64,000 nucleotides of DNA, taken from Candidatus Woesebacteria bacterium GW2011_GWA1_39_21 (GTDB taxonomy: Bacteria; Patescibacteriota; Microgenomatia; UBA8517). The notes below the pieces were generated by a model. That model made no database searches. It saw only the letters and a program-made list of their open reading frames with translations, and was not told where the DNA came from. Each line of letters begins with the position of its first letter. The first letter of the stretch is position 1. The translations under genes and the position numbers were made by a program. The stretch is from contig LBWP01000002.1 of the NCBI GenBank assembly GCA_000993685.1, forward strand, positions 7,993 through 71,992, given 5' to 3'. Below, one piece after another: positions 47,262-57,053 of the stretch.

Positions 47262-48365
47262 ATGCGAGTTGCATTGGTTCACGACTACATTAAAGAGTAC
47301 GGCGGAGCGGAAAGGGTTTTAGAAACGCTTTGTGAAATGTTTCCTGATGCTCCCATTTACACTGCCTTTAGAGTCGCTGGCTCTACTGCCGATAAAGTAT
47401 TTCGGGGTAAAAAGATCATCGAGAGCTGGTTGGCGCCTATTTTGAAAATCGATTCTTTCTATAGCCCTCTGCGCTTTTTGACGCCGTTGGTCTGGGGAAG
47501 TATGAATTTATCGGAATATGGTTTGGTAATAAGCTCCTCCAGCTGGTTTATCACCAGAGGCTTTAAAGTCGGAAAAAAAACTAAAGTTGTGTGTTATTGC
47601 CATACACCTCCGCGTTGGTTATACGGATATGAAACCTCGGTTGGTTTCACACGGTATTGGCCCGTAAAAATCTATTCTGCGGTTGTTGGGCATTTTATGC
47701 GAATGTATGATTTTAGTTCTGCGCAAAAAATTGACATTTGGATCGCAAATTCGGAAAATGTCGCCGTAAGGATAAAGAAGTTTTATCGCAAAGAGGCAAG
47801 GGTAATTTATCCACCTGTGGAAGTTGAAAAGATTGCCAAAGTAACATCTGGGCTCAAGAAGAAAAACTATTTTTTGCTGGTATCCAGGCTCGTTGGGGCG
47901 AAGGGTATCGAGACGGTAATTGCGCTTTCTAAAGTGCTGGGTTTTAAACTTAAGATTGTTGGCGAAGCCGCTGGATTTTCAAGTGTGGAGGAATTAAAAA
48001 GCAGCGCCGGCGAGAATGTTGAGTTTTTGGGTCGGGTTTCTGACGGGGAACTTTATCGGCTTTACGGGTGCGCAAAAGGATTTATCACCCTTGCAAAAGA
48101 TGAGGATTTTGGTATGACGCCTGTTGAAGCACAAGCCGCCGGTACCCCCGTCATTGCCTTTAATGGCGGAGGTTTTAAGGAATCTATTGTCGATGGAGTT
48201 ACGGGAGTTTTGGTAAATTCAACGGATGAGAAAACTATTTCTGCCGCAATTAAGAGATTTGAAAAAATAAAATGGGACAAAAGTAAAATTCAAAAGAATG
48301 CGAAAAAATTTTCGAAAGAGATTTTTGTAAAAGACGTGGGTAGGCTAATAGAAAAAATAGTATAA
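47262..48365 (+). CDS. GT4 glycosyltransferase
   Basis: HDY..GGAERV, YCHTPPR, EDFGMTPVEAQAAG. Confidence 0.93.
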   Translation: MRVALVHDYIKEYGGAERVLETLCEMFPDAPIYTAFRVAGSTADKVFRGKKIIESWLAPILKIDSFYSPLRFLTPLVWGSMNLSEYGLVISSSSWFITRGFKVGKKTKVVCYCHTPPRWLYGYETSVGFTRYWPVKIYSAVVGHFMRMYDFSSAQKIDIWIANSENVAVRIKKFYRKEARVIYPPVEVEKIAKVTSGLKKKNYFLLVSRLVGAKGIETVIALSKVLGFKLKIVGEAAGFSSVEELKSSAGENVEFLGRVSDGELYRLYGCAKGFITLAKDEDFGMTPVEAQAAGTPVIAFNGGGFKESIVDGVTGVLVNSTDEKTISAAIKRFEKIKWDKSKIQKNAKKFSKEIFVKDVGRLIEKIV

Positions 48366-48602
48366 TACGCGTGTTTATATGACAGAAGCGATAACCACTG
48401 TAGAAAGATTATTATATAGAATAGAAGAGTGCGGCGGCCGATTGAAATACAAGCGGGGGAGTATTACGTAAAAACGGATCTAATTTCCGGGGAAAAAATT
48501 ACATACGCTGCAAACGAGGTTGTCAAAAGTGATGTTGATGTTATGATTTTGCGGAACATTAGTTCTCGAAAGAAAAATATCTTGCCTAGAGAGGGGGATT
48601 AA

Positions 48603-49451
48603 ATGCCTGAGCTTCCTGAAGTTGAATCGATAAAAATACAACTTAATAAATTTCTTGTTGGTCATAGGGTTTCAGGTGTTGATGTTCGTTTCCCCAAAGC
48701 TTTCCAGGGTGATGAAAAAAGTTTAATCGGTGGAAAGGTTAAGCAGGCCAGACGGTTTGGTAAAGTGACCGTAATTGATTTTGACAACGGCTATTCGTTG
48801 GTAATTCACATAAAGCTAACTGGCCAATTAATTTACCGTGGTCCGAATTTGAAAACTCCACCAAAGCTTTCACCTAAAATTTTTGGCGGTTTAGACGGTA
48901 AACATACGGTGGTAATTTTTAGGCTAGACAGAGGGGGAAAACTATATTACAACGATTTTCGCAAATTTGGTTGGCTCAAAATTGTAAAAACAAAAGAGGT
49001 TGGGAACATAGATTTTATAAAGAAGTTAGGTCCAGAGCCACTTGGCAGCTTAACACACCCTAAATTTAAAGAAATTACAGGTTCGACAGGCAGGGCAATA
49101 AAAACGCTGATCATGGATCAGAGTAAGATGGCTGGGGTGGGAAATATTTATGCGAACGACGCGTTGTATCTGGCCAAAATTCATCCTGAAAGAAAAGCGA
49201 ATAGTTTGACAGAGGATGAAGTTAAAACCCTTTATGAAGCGGTTGAGAAGGTCTTAAGACGGGGTCTTAAATACGGAGGAGCAAGCGAACTTTCATTTGT
49301 AACCCCTGATGGTTCAGATGGAAAATACCAAGAGCACACTTTAATTTATGGGAAAACTGGCGAAAAATGCAAAAGATGTGGTGGTGTTATCAAAAAAAAT
49401 ACAGTCGGAGGTCGCGGAACTTACTTTTGCCCCTCTTGCCAGCCCGCATAA
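48603..49451 (+). CDS. mutM: Formamidopyrimidine-DNA glycosylase
   Basis: PELPEVE, DFRKFG, GVGNIYA, C-terminal zinc finger. Confidence 0.96.
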   Translation: MPELPEVESIKIQLNKFLVGHRVSGVDVRFPKAFQGDEKSLIGGKVKQARRFGKVTVIDFDNGYSLVIHIKLTGQLIYRGPNLKTPPKLSPKIFGGLDGKHTVVIFRLDRGGKLYYNDFRKFGWLKIVKTKEVGNIDFIKKLGPEPLGSLTHPKFKEITGSTGRAIKTLIMDQSKMAGVGNIYANDALYLAKIHPERKANSLTEDEVKTLYEAVEKVLRRGLKYGGASELSFVTPDGSDGKYQEHTLIYGKTGEKCKRCGGVIKKNTVGGRGTYFCPSCQPA

Positions 49452-49524
49452 CTTTGCTTGGCATTGCCGACGGGCCAACGCTGACGCGTAAGCGCTACGA
49501 GTAGATCCACTTGCTAAAAATTAT

Positions 49525-49622
49525 TGAATTCATCTGCGAAAACCACGGACTTTAGTCCGTGGATGAAGCAAGAATCCAATCTCGTCGACAAAATACCATG
49601 GGCTTTAGCCCGTGGTAGTAAT
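49525..49622 (+). mobile_element. Non-autonomous IS200/IS605-type element, copy B, within the recF 5' end
   Basis: TTAT 49521-49524; CCACGGAC-TTTA-GTCCGTGG followed by ATGAA; CGACAAAATACCAYGGGCTTTAGCCCGTGG shared with copy A. Confidence 0.7.
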
Positions 49623-50714
49623 TTTACTCAGAAGTCGATATCTTTTTCAAAAGATGTCACTCTAATTTTGGGAAACAATGCTTCAGGAAAAACCAATATC
49701 TTGGAAGCGATTGTGTTTTTATCGACAGGGAAAAGTTTTAAGGCCAGGTTGGAGTCGGAAGTGATTACCTATCAAAAGGATGTATCGCGGATTAAAGGTA
49801 AAATCGACTCAGGAATCAATTTAGAGATTGTTATTACGAATGGTTCAGTAAGAGTAGGTGACAGTCCGTCCAGTCTAAAAAAAGCACAGCGTAAGAAGCT
49901 TTTGGTAAACGGTGTAGCGCGCCGACTGCTTGATTTTGCGGGAAATTTAAAGGTTGTAATTTTCGGACCTTGGGATATGGATTTGGTGACAGCTTCGCCT
50001 TCAGTTAGACGAAAATTTTTAGATTCCGTACTTGCCCAAGTGGATAGGGAATACCGCAGATCGTCTTTGATTTACGACAGGGGTATGCGACAAAGAAACA
50101 GACTCCTTTTGCGGATTCGCGATGAAGGGTTGTCTGCGTCACAACTGTTGTACTGGGATAAGCTTTTGATTAAGCACGGAAACTATATAACAAAACGGCG
50201 CGGTGATTTTATTGATTTTGTCAACGGCAGCAAAAGTGGTGGAACAAACTTATTATTGAATGACATTCAAAATGGAGAGAAAATGAATTTTTCTCTAGCC
50301 GGCAACTACCAACTGGAATACGACAGAAGCGAAATCTCCATTGGAAGATTAAAGCAATATGAACGAGAAGAGGTTGCCGCGGCAACAACTCTTGTCGGTC
50401 CGCACCGTGACGATTTTCTATTTAAGATTGGATTGCAAAAGACGAAGTTTGGCGACAGCGACCGCGACCTTGCGAAATACGGAAGCAGGGGAGAACAAAG
50501 AATGGGTATACTTTGGTTAAAGTTGGCCGAACTGTCTTTTATCAAACAACAAACGAACGAAAAACCACTGCTTTTGCTAGACGATATTTTTTCTGAACTG
50601 GACCACGAACACCGAAAAATTGTAACAGCTGTTTGTGAACAGCAGCAAACAATTGTAACAACAGCCGACCCGCATTACATTGAAGCTACGAAAGCAAAAG
50701 TAATTAGATTGTAA
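49563..50714 (+). CDS. recF: DNA replication/repair protein RecF (N-terminus from inserted element)
   Basis: GNNASGKTN, GPHRDD, SRGEQR, LLLDDIFSELD; start uncertain. Confidence 0.88.
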   Translation: MKQESNLVDKIPWALARGSNFTQKSISFSKDVTLILGNNASGKTNILEAIVFLSTGKSFKARLESEVITYQKDVSRIKGKIDSGINLEIVITNGSVRVGDSPSSLKKAQRKKLLVNGVARRLLDFAGNLKVVIFGPWDMDLVTASPSVRRKFLDSVLAQVDREYRRSSLIYDRGMRQRNRLLLRIRDEGLSASQLLYWDKLLIKHGNYITKRRGDFIDFVNGSKSGGTNLLLNDIQNGEKMNFSLAGNYQLEYDRSEISIGRLKQYEREEVAAATTLVGPHRDDFLFKIGLQKTKFGDSDRDLAKYGSRGEQRMGILWLKLAELSFIKQQTNEKPLLLLDDIFSELDHEHRKIVTAVCEQQQTIVTTADPHYIEATKAKVIRL

Positions 50715-50761
50715 CGTCGGAGCTATAAAAAAACTTCAAAGATTGTCGATAAAATATATAC

Positions 50762-51085
50762 TTAACCAGGATCCGAGTCTTTTGAGAGCTTGCTTAATTG
50801 ATATGTGATAAGAACGGCAAGAGCAGTTACGAAGACGGCATAGATGGCCAATGAAATAATGCCCGAGTTTTCTCCGAGGTATGGTTTAATGAAAACGTTT
50901 ACGATTTCGGTGATAAGTCCGTTCCAGGCAAGTGCAGCAACGAGTCCAAAACCACTTGTGACTAGCTCAAGCGAGCGTTTGATAAATTGTTTTTTGAACT
51001 GCTTTGAATCCTCAAGGATCGTCTCATGAATTCTTTTTTGTTTTGAAAGCTCCTCTTGTTGAATTTCTTCTTTTGATTTTTTCAT
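50762..51085 (-). CDS. DUF5654-like small membrane protein
   Basis: LVTSGFGLVAALAWN, two TMs. Confidence 0.7.
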   Translation of the reverse strand: MKKSKEEIQQEELSKQKRIHETILEDSKQFKKQFIKRSLELVTSGFGLVAALAWNGLITEIVNVFIKPYLGENSGIISLAIYAVFVTALAVLITYQLSKLSKDSDPG

Positions 51086-51130
51086 GGAAAATTTAAAGAT
51101 AAATATTATAATTTATTATATCATCTTAAT

Positions 51131-51994
51131 ATGGAAGTTTTTAACCCGCAGGAGTTGAAACAGTTATACCAGCCGGCATTTAATTCCAATGGGGAAGACA
51201 ATGGGCAAGTGACAATTGTCGGAGGATCAAAGCTTTTCCACGGTGCGCCAATTTTGGCGCTTAAGGCGGCATCAAGAATTGTCGATATGGTTTTTTTCAC
51301 ATCTCCTGAGCCGGGTCAAAATTCAGTCATAAGTTCAATTAAGGCAACGCTTTCTTCATTTATTTGGGTCCCTTTTGAAGAAGTTGCTGCATATATTGAA
51401 AAGTCGGATGCGGTTTTGATCGGGCCAGGCCTAATGAGATACTCAAAAGAAACGGTGAATATTAACGACGGTGATTGTGATCAGGAATGCGTTAAAACCC
51501 GAGAAGTTACAAGACAGCTACTCAAAAAATTTCCACAAAAAAAATGGGTGATTGATGCGGGGAGTTTGCAAACGATGGACGAGCAGTGGATTCCCAAAAA
51601 TGCAATTATTACACCTAACGTCAAGGAGTTTGAAATGTTGTTTAAAATAAAGGGGGGAAACACAGACCCACGAGTGTTACAGCAAAAAGCGAAAGAGCAT
51701 GATTGTGTGATTGTTGCAAAAGGGGTAGAAACATTGGTGGTCTCGCCGGATGGAATCTTGCTTATTAAAGGTGGAAATCCCGGTTTGACAAAAGGCGGAA
51801 GCGGTGATCTTCTGGCTGGTTTGACACTTGCTCTCGCGGCAAAGAATGACCCTTTTCTTGCGGCATGTTCGGCATCGTATCTTGAAAAATATGCTGCCGA
51901 TGAACTTTATGCAAAGGTAGGAATAAATTACAATATGGATGATTTGGCTGACAAAATCCCGGAAACCTTTCAGACACTTTTGAAGTCAAAATAG
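51131..51994 (+). CDS. nnrD: ADP-dependent NAD(P)HX dehydratase
   Basis: VGGS..GAP, IGPGL, IDA, ITPN..EF, KGGSGDLLAG. Confidence 0.9.
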   Translation: MEVFNPQELKQLYQPAFNSNGEDNGQVTIVGGSKLFHGAPILALKAASRIVDMVFFTSPEPGQNSVISSIKATLSSFIWVPFEEVAAYIEKSDAVLIGPGLMRYSKETVNINDGDCDQECVKTREVTRQLLKKFPQKKWVIDAGSLQTMDEQWIPKNAIITPNVKEFEMLFKIKGGNTDPRVLQQKAKEHDCVIVAKGVETLVVSPDGILLIKGGNPGLTKGGSGDLLAGLTLALAAKNDPFLAACSASYLEKYAADELYAKVGINYNMDDLADKIPETFQTLLKSK

Positions 51995-52003
51995 ACTATT
52001 TTC

Positions 52004-53476
52004 TTACCCCACGTTAAAAGGAGAATTTTGCGCGTAAATTGCTTCGTGGAATGCAGGGCCGGTTCCGATGGCAACGATCGGCAGATTGGTAAGGTGTTCC
52101 AGCGTGGCGACGGCGGCCCTAAGTTGTCTTGGCGCGTCTTCGAAGGTGTTAAGTCCGGCCGTTGAAGTCTTCCAACCATCAAGTTTTAAGGTATTCATAC
52201 GTGTGCGTTCGTCGAGCATTCTTGGGTCGTCCGGGTCGTAGTCGGTTGTTGTATAACCGTCAGGGAAAACATATTCCACGCCAAAGCGGATTTCCGGTAA
52301 AGTGTCCACAGCGTCGACTTTGGCTAGGACTAAGGCATTAAGGTTGTAAGTTTCAATAGCTGCACAAATTTCAGGTACCGATAGCCAGTAATATTTACGA
52401 CGTCTGCCCGATACTGTACCTGCTTCAGGTCTACCTCTTTCTTCAGTCCGTAAATAGAGTGGCTCTTGATGTTCTTGCGAAAGCGGCGAGTGAATGACAT
52501 GGTTTCCGACGCAGGTGGGAACCAGTTTGAGAACTCCAATTCTCCACCCCAGTCTATTTTCTGATGTCCTGTAACGTCTGGTGAAAGACCCCGGTCCGCT
52601 GTCGGTTGAGGTAACGGATCCGCGAAAACCGGTATCGAGACTTATTCCGAAAGCTTGTGCTCCTTCAAAGATCAAATTTCCATTTTCTTTTAGGGCTCTC
52701 GTTACAACAGGATATGTATTTCCAATATAAGGACCTAATATTTTTACCCATTCCTTGAATTTTTCCAACGTTTCGTTTGGGTCGAGGTTAAACTCGGAAG
52801 GAAGAGAAGTCAAAATTCTGTTTTGCCTTTCCACCTCGTCCTGAACAAGCCTTTCCGTTTCCTGCTTCGTTTTGAGAAGACAGTCCATCCGAAGGCCCAC
52901 TCTGGCCGTGTAGTCGGATGCGGCAGGTCCGACACCGCTTTTTGTAGTTCCGATGGCATCCTTCCCGCGCGATTTCTCTTCAGCGATATCTCTCTGAATG
53001 TGGGCGTCCCAAGCTAAAAAAGCCGCTCCGTCAATCATAATGTTTTTGGGAGTAGGGTTATAACCGAGCCTTTTTAGTATTTGCATTTCATTAATTACAA
53101 GCTCAGGTACAACCAGTTCACCCCGGCCGGCAATTTTCACCCAACCGTCGTCAATTGAAGTGGGTAGCATACGGAAACCAACTTCTTCACTTTCGTTTTC
53201 AGGCCGGATCATATGGCCCGCTCCTGGACCACCTGCACGTATCGCGACACCGCCCGCTGGTCTTAAATGGGAATACCGGTAACTCCAAGTACCTTTGCTT
53301 TCGTCACCTTTTTGTGCACCAAAGATGCCTATCGCATTAGTGTTGGGGACAACTCTTTGCTGCCCGGCAAATCTTATTGATAAATCGTTGGCTATTAGGT
53401 GCTTAGGGGGATTTTCCCAAATCTCATTCAAATCGGGATCAACATCAACCGTTCTGGTTAGCGATTCCACCCCCAT
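52004..53476 (-). CDS. purA: Divergent adenylosuccinate synthetase
   Basis: GAQKGDESKG, AGH, IGTTKSGVGP, EGAQ, GRRRK, KVD, GTGP; start reassigned to ATG 53476. Confidence 0.8.
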   Translation of the reverse strand: MGVESLTRTVDVDPDLNEIWENPPKHLIANDLSIRFAGQQRVVPNTNAIGIFGAQKGDESKGTWSYRYSHLRPAGGVAIRAGGPGAGHMIRPENESEEVGFRMLPTSIDDGWVKIAGRGELVVPELVINEMQILKRLGYNPTPKNIMIDGAAFLAWDAHIQRDIAEEKSRGKDAIGTTKSGVGPAASDYTARVGLRMDCLLKTKQETERLVQDEVERQNRILTSLPSEFNLDPNETLEKFKEWVKILGPYIGNTYPVVTRALKENGNLIFEGAQAFGISLDTGFRGSVTSTDSGPGSFTRRYRTSENRLGWRIGVLKLVPTCVGNHVIHSPLSQEHQEPLYLRTEERGRPEAGTVSGRRRKYYWLSVPEICAAIETYNLNALVLAKVDAVDTLPEIRFGVEYVFPDGYTTTDYDPDDPRMLDERTRMNTLKLDGWKTSTAGLNTFEDAPRQLRAAVATLEHLTNLPIVAIGTGPAFHEAIYAQNSPFNVG

Positions 53477-53561
53477 GAAGACAATCTGATTATTATGTTT
53501 TGTAGGATGAATGTCAATATTGTTTTTTCCGCACAATCCCCGTAAGATTAGGGGTTAGATA

Positions 53562-54626
53562 ATGTTTTCTCCAAAATTTGCAATTACAAATAATATCTTA
53601 AAAAACATCGGTGCGATTGAGGCCGCTAAGGAAGTCATTGAAAACGCCCCCTTGGTGCCTTTGTATGAAAAAAGGTTTAAGAGTGAAGCGTTATTGAAAA
53701 CTGTTCACCACGGAACCCACATTGAAGGAAATGACTTGAACATTGATCAGACGAGACAGGTTTTAGAAGGGGAAGAAATATTTGCGCGTGATCGAGATAT
53801 CCAAGAAGTTATCAATTACCGAAGAGTTATTGATCTATTGGATGAGTTGAAAGATAAACGTGGAGGTTACGATTTGGGAATGCTGACAGAAATTCATAAA
53901 GAAACTGTTGGGAAAGTCGTCCCTCCGGAAAAATGTGGAGTTGTTCGAAAAAGTGAAGTAGTAATCAAGGAGGAGGGAACAGGCAAAATCGTTTTTCAAC
54001 CTCCGCCATATCACCAGGTAATGAGTCTTTTGGAAGAGTTTTTTTCCTGGTTAAATGACCCATCTTCTTTGGAGTATCACTCAATATTGAAGGCGGGAAT
54101 TGTCCATTATATTTTAGTGTCAATCCATCCTTTTGTTGAAGGAAACGGTAGAACCGTCCGCGCCTTTTCGATTTTGGTATTAATGCGGGAGAATTATGAC
54201 ATTAAAAGGTTCTTTTCACTCGAAGAGCACTTCGACTCTGACCCGTCAAGTTATTATGACGCCTTTTCCAAAACGGACGCACTTGTCGGTGGAGTTTTCG
54301 AAAAAAATCTCACTGGTTGGCTGGAATATTTTACGCAGGTTGTTGCGATTGAATTAACAAAGATCAAAGAAAGAATCAGGAAACTTTCTGTTGACTCAAG
54401 ACTTAAGGGGATAATCGGTTCTCAAGTGGCGTTGACCGAAAGACAAATGAAACTGATTGAACACATGGGGGAGATGGGGTATGTTGGAATGTCGGAGCTT
54501 AAAAAACTGTTTCCGATGGTTTCCGAAGATACAATTCTTCGCGACATGAATTATCTCATTGATAAAAAGATTATTAAAAAAGAGGGAAAGACGAAGGCGG
54601 CTAGGTATGTCATGGTGAGCAAATAA
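53562..54626 (+). CDS. Fic-domain protein with C-terminal wHTH
   Basis: HPFVEGNGRTVR; N-terminal inhibitory-type GTHIEG. Confidence 0.92.
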   Translation: MFSPKFAITNNILKNIGAIEAAKEVIENAPLVPLYEKRFKSEALLKTVHHGTHIEGNDLNIDQTRQVLEGEEIFARDRDIQEVINYRRVIDLLDELKDKRGGYDLGMLTEIHKETVGKVVPPEKCGVVRKSEVVIKEEGTGKIVFQPPPYHQVMSLLEEFFSWLNDPSSLEYHSILKAGIVHYILVSIHPFVEGNGRTVRAFSILVLMRENYDIKRFFSLEEHFDSDPSSYYDAFSKTDALVGGVFEKNLTGWLEYFTQVVAIELTKIKERIRKLSVDSRLKGIIGSQVALTERQMKLIEHMGEMGYVGMSELKKLFPMVSEDTILRDMNYLIDKKIIKKEGKTKAARYVMVSK

Positions 54627-54650
54627 ATCGTTTCTGAAATGGCAAGTTAT

Positions 54651-54689
54651 AACAGCTTTCAAGAAGACCCCGATTTAATCGGGGATGAA
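54651..54689 (+). mobile_element. Isolated IS200/IS605-type left end
   Basis: TTAT|AACAGCTTTCAAGAAGA-CCCCGAT-TTA-ATCGGGG-ATGAA. Confidence 0.6.
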
Positions 54690-54725
54690 TAGTGTTTTAA
54701 GATTTACGTTCGATTTTCATAAATT

Positions 54726-54929
54726 ATGAGTCCAAGTGATCCACAGTTTTTATATCTTGTTTTGGTTTTGCCGGCGTTGTTTGGAATAACGATGCTTGGC
54801 GATGGGATCAATAAACTGGCTCATAAAAATAGTGGCGGTTATATAACTCTGGTTTTTGGAATTTTGTTTTTTTTGCTCGTTGTTTTTGGATATATCTTCT
54901 TTTCAACCTACCTTTTGGGGTCAGGTTAA
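54726..54929 (+). CDS. Small two-TM membrane protein
   Basis: 67 aa, two hydrophobic helices. Confidence 0.65.
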   Translation: MSPSDPQFLYLVLVLPALFGITMLGDGINKLAHKNSGGYITLVFGILFFLLVVFGYIFFSTYLLGSG

Positions 54930-54936
54930 GGTTTAT

Positions 54937-55129
54937 AACAGCTTTCAAGAAAACCCCACCCTTAAGGGCGGGGGTGACCCGCCTGCTTAGCTGCGCAAGC
55001 TGCGGGCTGGATTGAACTCTGAAAATGCGTATGAAGAGTCAAGCTTTGCTTTTGATAAAGTCTTAAGCTTTGCTTATATATCATCCCCCTTGGGGAAACC
55101 CCCGCTTTTTTAAGCGGGGAGAATGTCAT
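54937..55129 (+). mobile_element. Non-autonomous IS200/IS605-type element with left and right ends
   Basis: TTAT|AACAGCTTTCAAGAAAA-CCCCACCC-TTAA-GGGCGGGG ... CCCCGCTT-TTTT-AAGCGGGG-AGAATGTCAT. Confidence 0.7.
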
Positions 55130-55210
55130 AAAAACCAGCCACAATAGTTTATTGGAGATTAGACAAAAAGATTAGTAGAATGATTTTTAATTTTGTATAA
55201 TGCGGATAAT

Positions 55211-56950
55211 ATGACCTTCTTTGAACTGACTAAATATTTGGAAAAGTTGGAAAAAACTTCTTCACGGCTTGAAATAACACAAATCCTTGCCGACCTTTTT
55301 AAGAAGTCAAAAGTCGACGAGATTGATCGAATTGTCTATCTCACTCTGGGAAGCCTCGCCCCGAATTATCGGGGAATGGTCTTTAATATCGCCGATAAAA
55401 TAATGCTTCAGATTATTGCTAAGGCATGTGGTATTGATGCCGGAAGGGTTCGGGAAAGTTACAAAAAGGAAGGCGATTTGGGCGTTGTAACAGAAAAATT
55501 GTTGGAGAGCGGCAAACAGAAAAACTTCAGCAGTAAGATAACAGTTGGTGAAATTTATGAGGAACTCTTTCAGATTGCCCAGGATGAAGGCGGGGGGAGC
55601 GTAGATCGAAAAATTGATCAGATGGCACGGCTATTGGGAAAGGTCGATCCGCTTTCCGCAAGGTATTTGGTTAGAATTCCTGTTGGCAAACTGCGTTTGG
55701 GGTTTTCCGACAAAACGGTTATAGATGCGCTCTCGTGGATGGAAACGGGGAGTAAAGTCAAGAATAAAATTATTTCGGAAGCATACAACATCCTGCCGGA
55801 CGTTGGTCTTTTGGCAAAAAAAGTCAGGCGGGAAGGTATCGATAAAGCCTGTGAGAATGTTTTACCTATTGTTGGAATCCCCGTTCTTCCGATGCTTGCA
55901 CAGCGACTAAAAAGTCCTACAGAAATGATTGAGAAAATGGGGAAAGTATATGTCGAGCCGAAATTTGATGGCTTGAGAGTTCTTGTACATTTTCAGAAGT
56001 CTAAAGATAAATCTGGACACGATTTGGTCAAAGCTTTTACGCGAAATTCAAATGACGTGACGGAAATGTTTCCCGAGATTCTTCGTGTTGGGGAGTTTAT
56101 CAACGCTGGTGCGGTGATTTTGGACAGCGAGGCCGTGGGAATGGACCCGCAAATGAAGTTACTTGCCGATTTTCAAACAACCATGAAAAGAAGAAGAGTC
56201 CACCAAATCGATTTAACGGCAAAAGAAATTCCGCTTCGTTTCCAGATTTTTGATGTTTTATATAAGGACGGGGAAAGTTTGATGGATCGCCCGTACAAAG
56301 AACGGAGAAATATTCTCGAAAAACTATTTAATGATAACAAACTTTTTGTCGTAGATGAAAAGGTAGAAACGTCGGATCCCGAGGTTATCAACGAGCAATA
56401 TCGAAAAAGAATTAAAGAGGGTTTGGAAGGTGTGATTGTTAAAAAGATTGACGCAAAATATGTCGCCGGAAGAACTGGTTGGCGTTGGGTTAAAATGAAG
56501 CAGGAAGAACAGTCTCAAGGAAAGCTTTCAGATACCGTAGACGCTGTGGTTATGGGCTATACACTCGGAAAAGGGAAAAGAGCGGGCTTTGGGGTCGGTC
56601 AATTTTTGGTTGGAGTGGTTGAACCGTCGGGAAATATTAAAACCTTAACGAAGATTGGTACGGGTTTGACCGACGAACAATTTAAAGAGCTGGCAAAAAG
56701 ACTTACGAAACTAAAAATTGGTCAAAAGCCTAAAGAATATGAAGCGCATAAAAATTACACACCGGATTTTTGGGTCGTGCCAAAGCTCGTTGTTGAACTT
56801 GCCGGTGATGACTTAACAAAAAGTCCGACGCACACGAGCGGCTACGCGCTTCGTTTTCCCAGACTGGTAAACTTCAGAGATGACAAGTCGGTTTCACAAG
56901 CAACAACGGTGGGGGAAGTGGTGAAGCTCTTTAAACTTCAGAGAAAATAG
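55211..56950 (+). CDS. lig: ATP-dependent DNA ligase
   Basis: EPKFDGLR, ILDSE, FDVL, EGVIVK, WVKMK, LRFPR..RDDK. Confidence 0.95.
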   Translation: MTFFELTKYLEKLEKTSSRLEITQILADLFKKSKVDEIDRIVYLTLGSLAPNYRGMVFNIADKIMLQIIAKACGIDAGRVRESYKKEGDLGVVTEKLLESGKQKNFSSKITVGEIYEELFQIAQDEGGGSVDRKIDQMARLLGKVDPLSARYLVRIPVGKLRLGFSDKTVIDALSWMETGSKVKNKIISEAYNILPDVGLLAKKVRREGIDKACENVLPIVGIPVLPMLAQRLKSPTEMIEKMGKVYVEPKFDGLRVLVHFQKSKDKSGHDLVKAFTRNSNDVTEMFPEILRVGEFINAGAVILDSEAVGMDPQMKLLADFQTTMKRRRVHQIDLTAKEIPLRFQIFDVLYKDGESLMDRPYKERRNILEKLFNDNKLFVVDEKVETSDPEVINEQYRKRIKEGLEGVIVKKIDAKYVAGRTGWRWVKMKQEEQSQGKLSDTVDAVVMGYTLGKGKRAGFGVGQFLVGVVEPSGNIKTLTKIGTGLTDEQFKELAKRLTKLKIGQKPKEYEAHKNYTPDFWVVPKLVVELAGDDLTKSPTHTSGYALRFPRLVNFRDDKSVSQATTVGEVVKLFKLQRK

Positions 56951-57053
56951 AGACATCACACGAACACAATTTACACTTCTAAACTAGAACGCAAAAAAGA
57001 TGTGTCTAATATGGTGGGTATTGGGGGTTGGAATATGATAGGATGAAGGTAGT

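Noticed and set aside
48379-48603. Short frameshifted ORF between the GT4 gene and mutM
   Set aside because: No recognisable motif; cannot support a call
52004-53476. PurZ (Z-base synthesis)
   Set aside because: Catalytic Asp retained; no dATPase or phage context
54962-55144. 60-aa minus-strand ORF
   Set aside because: Lies within the IS-end element
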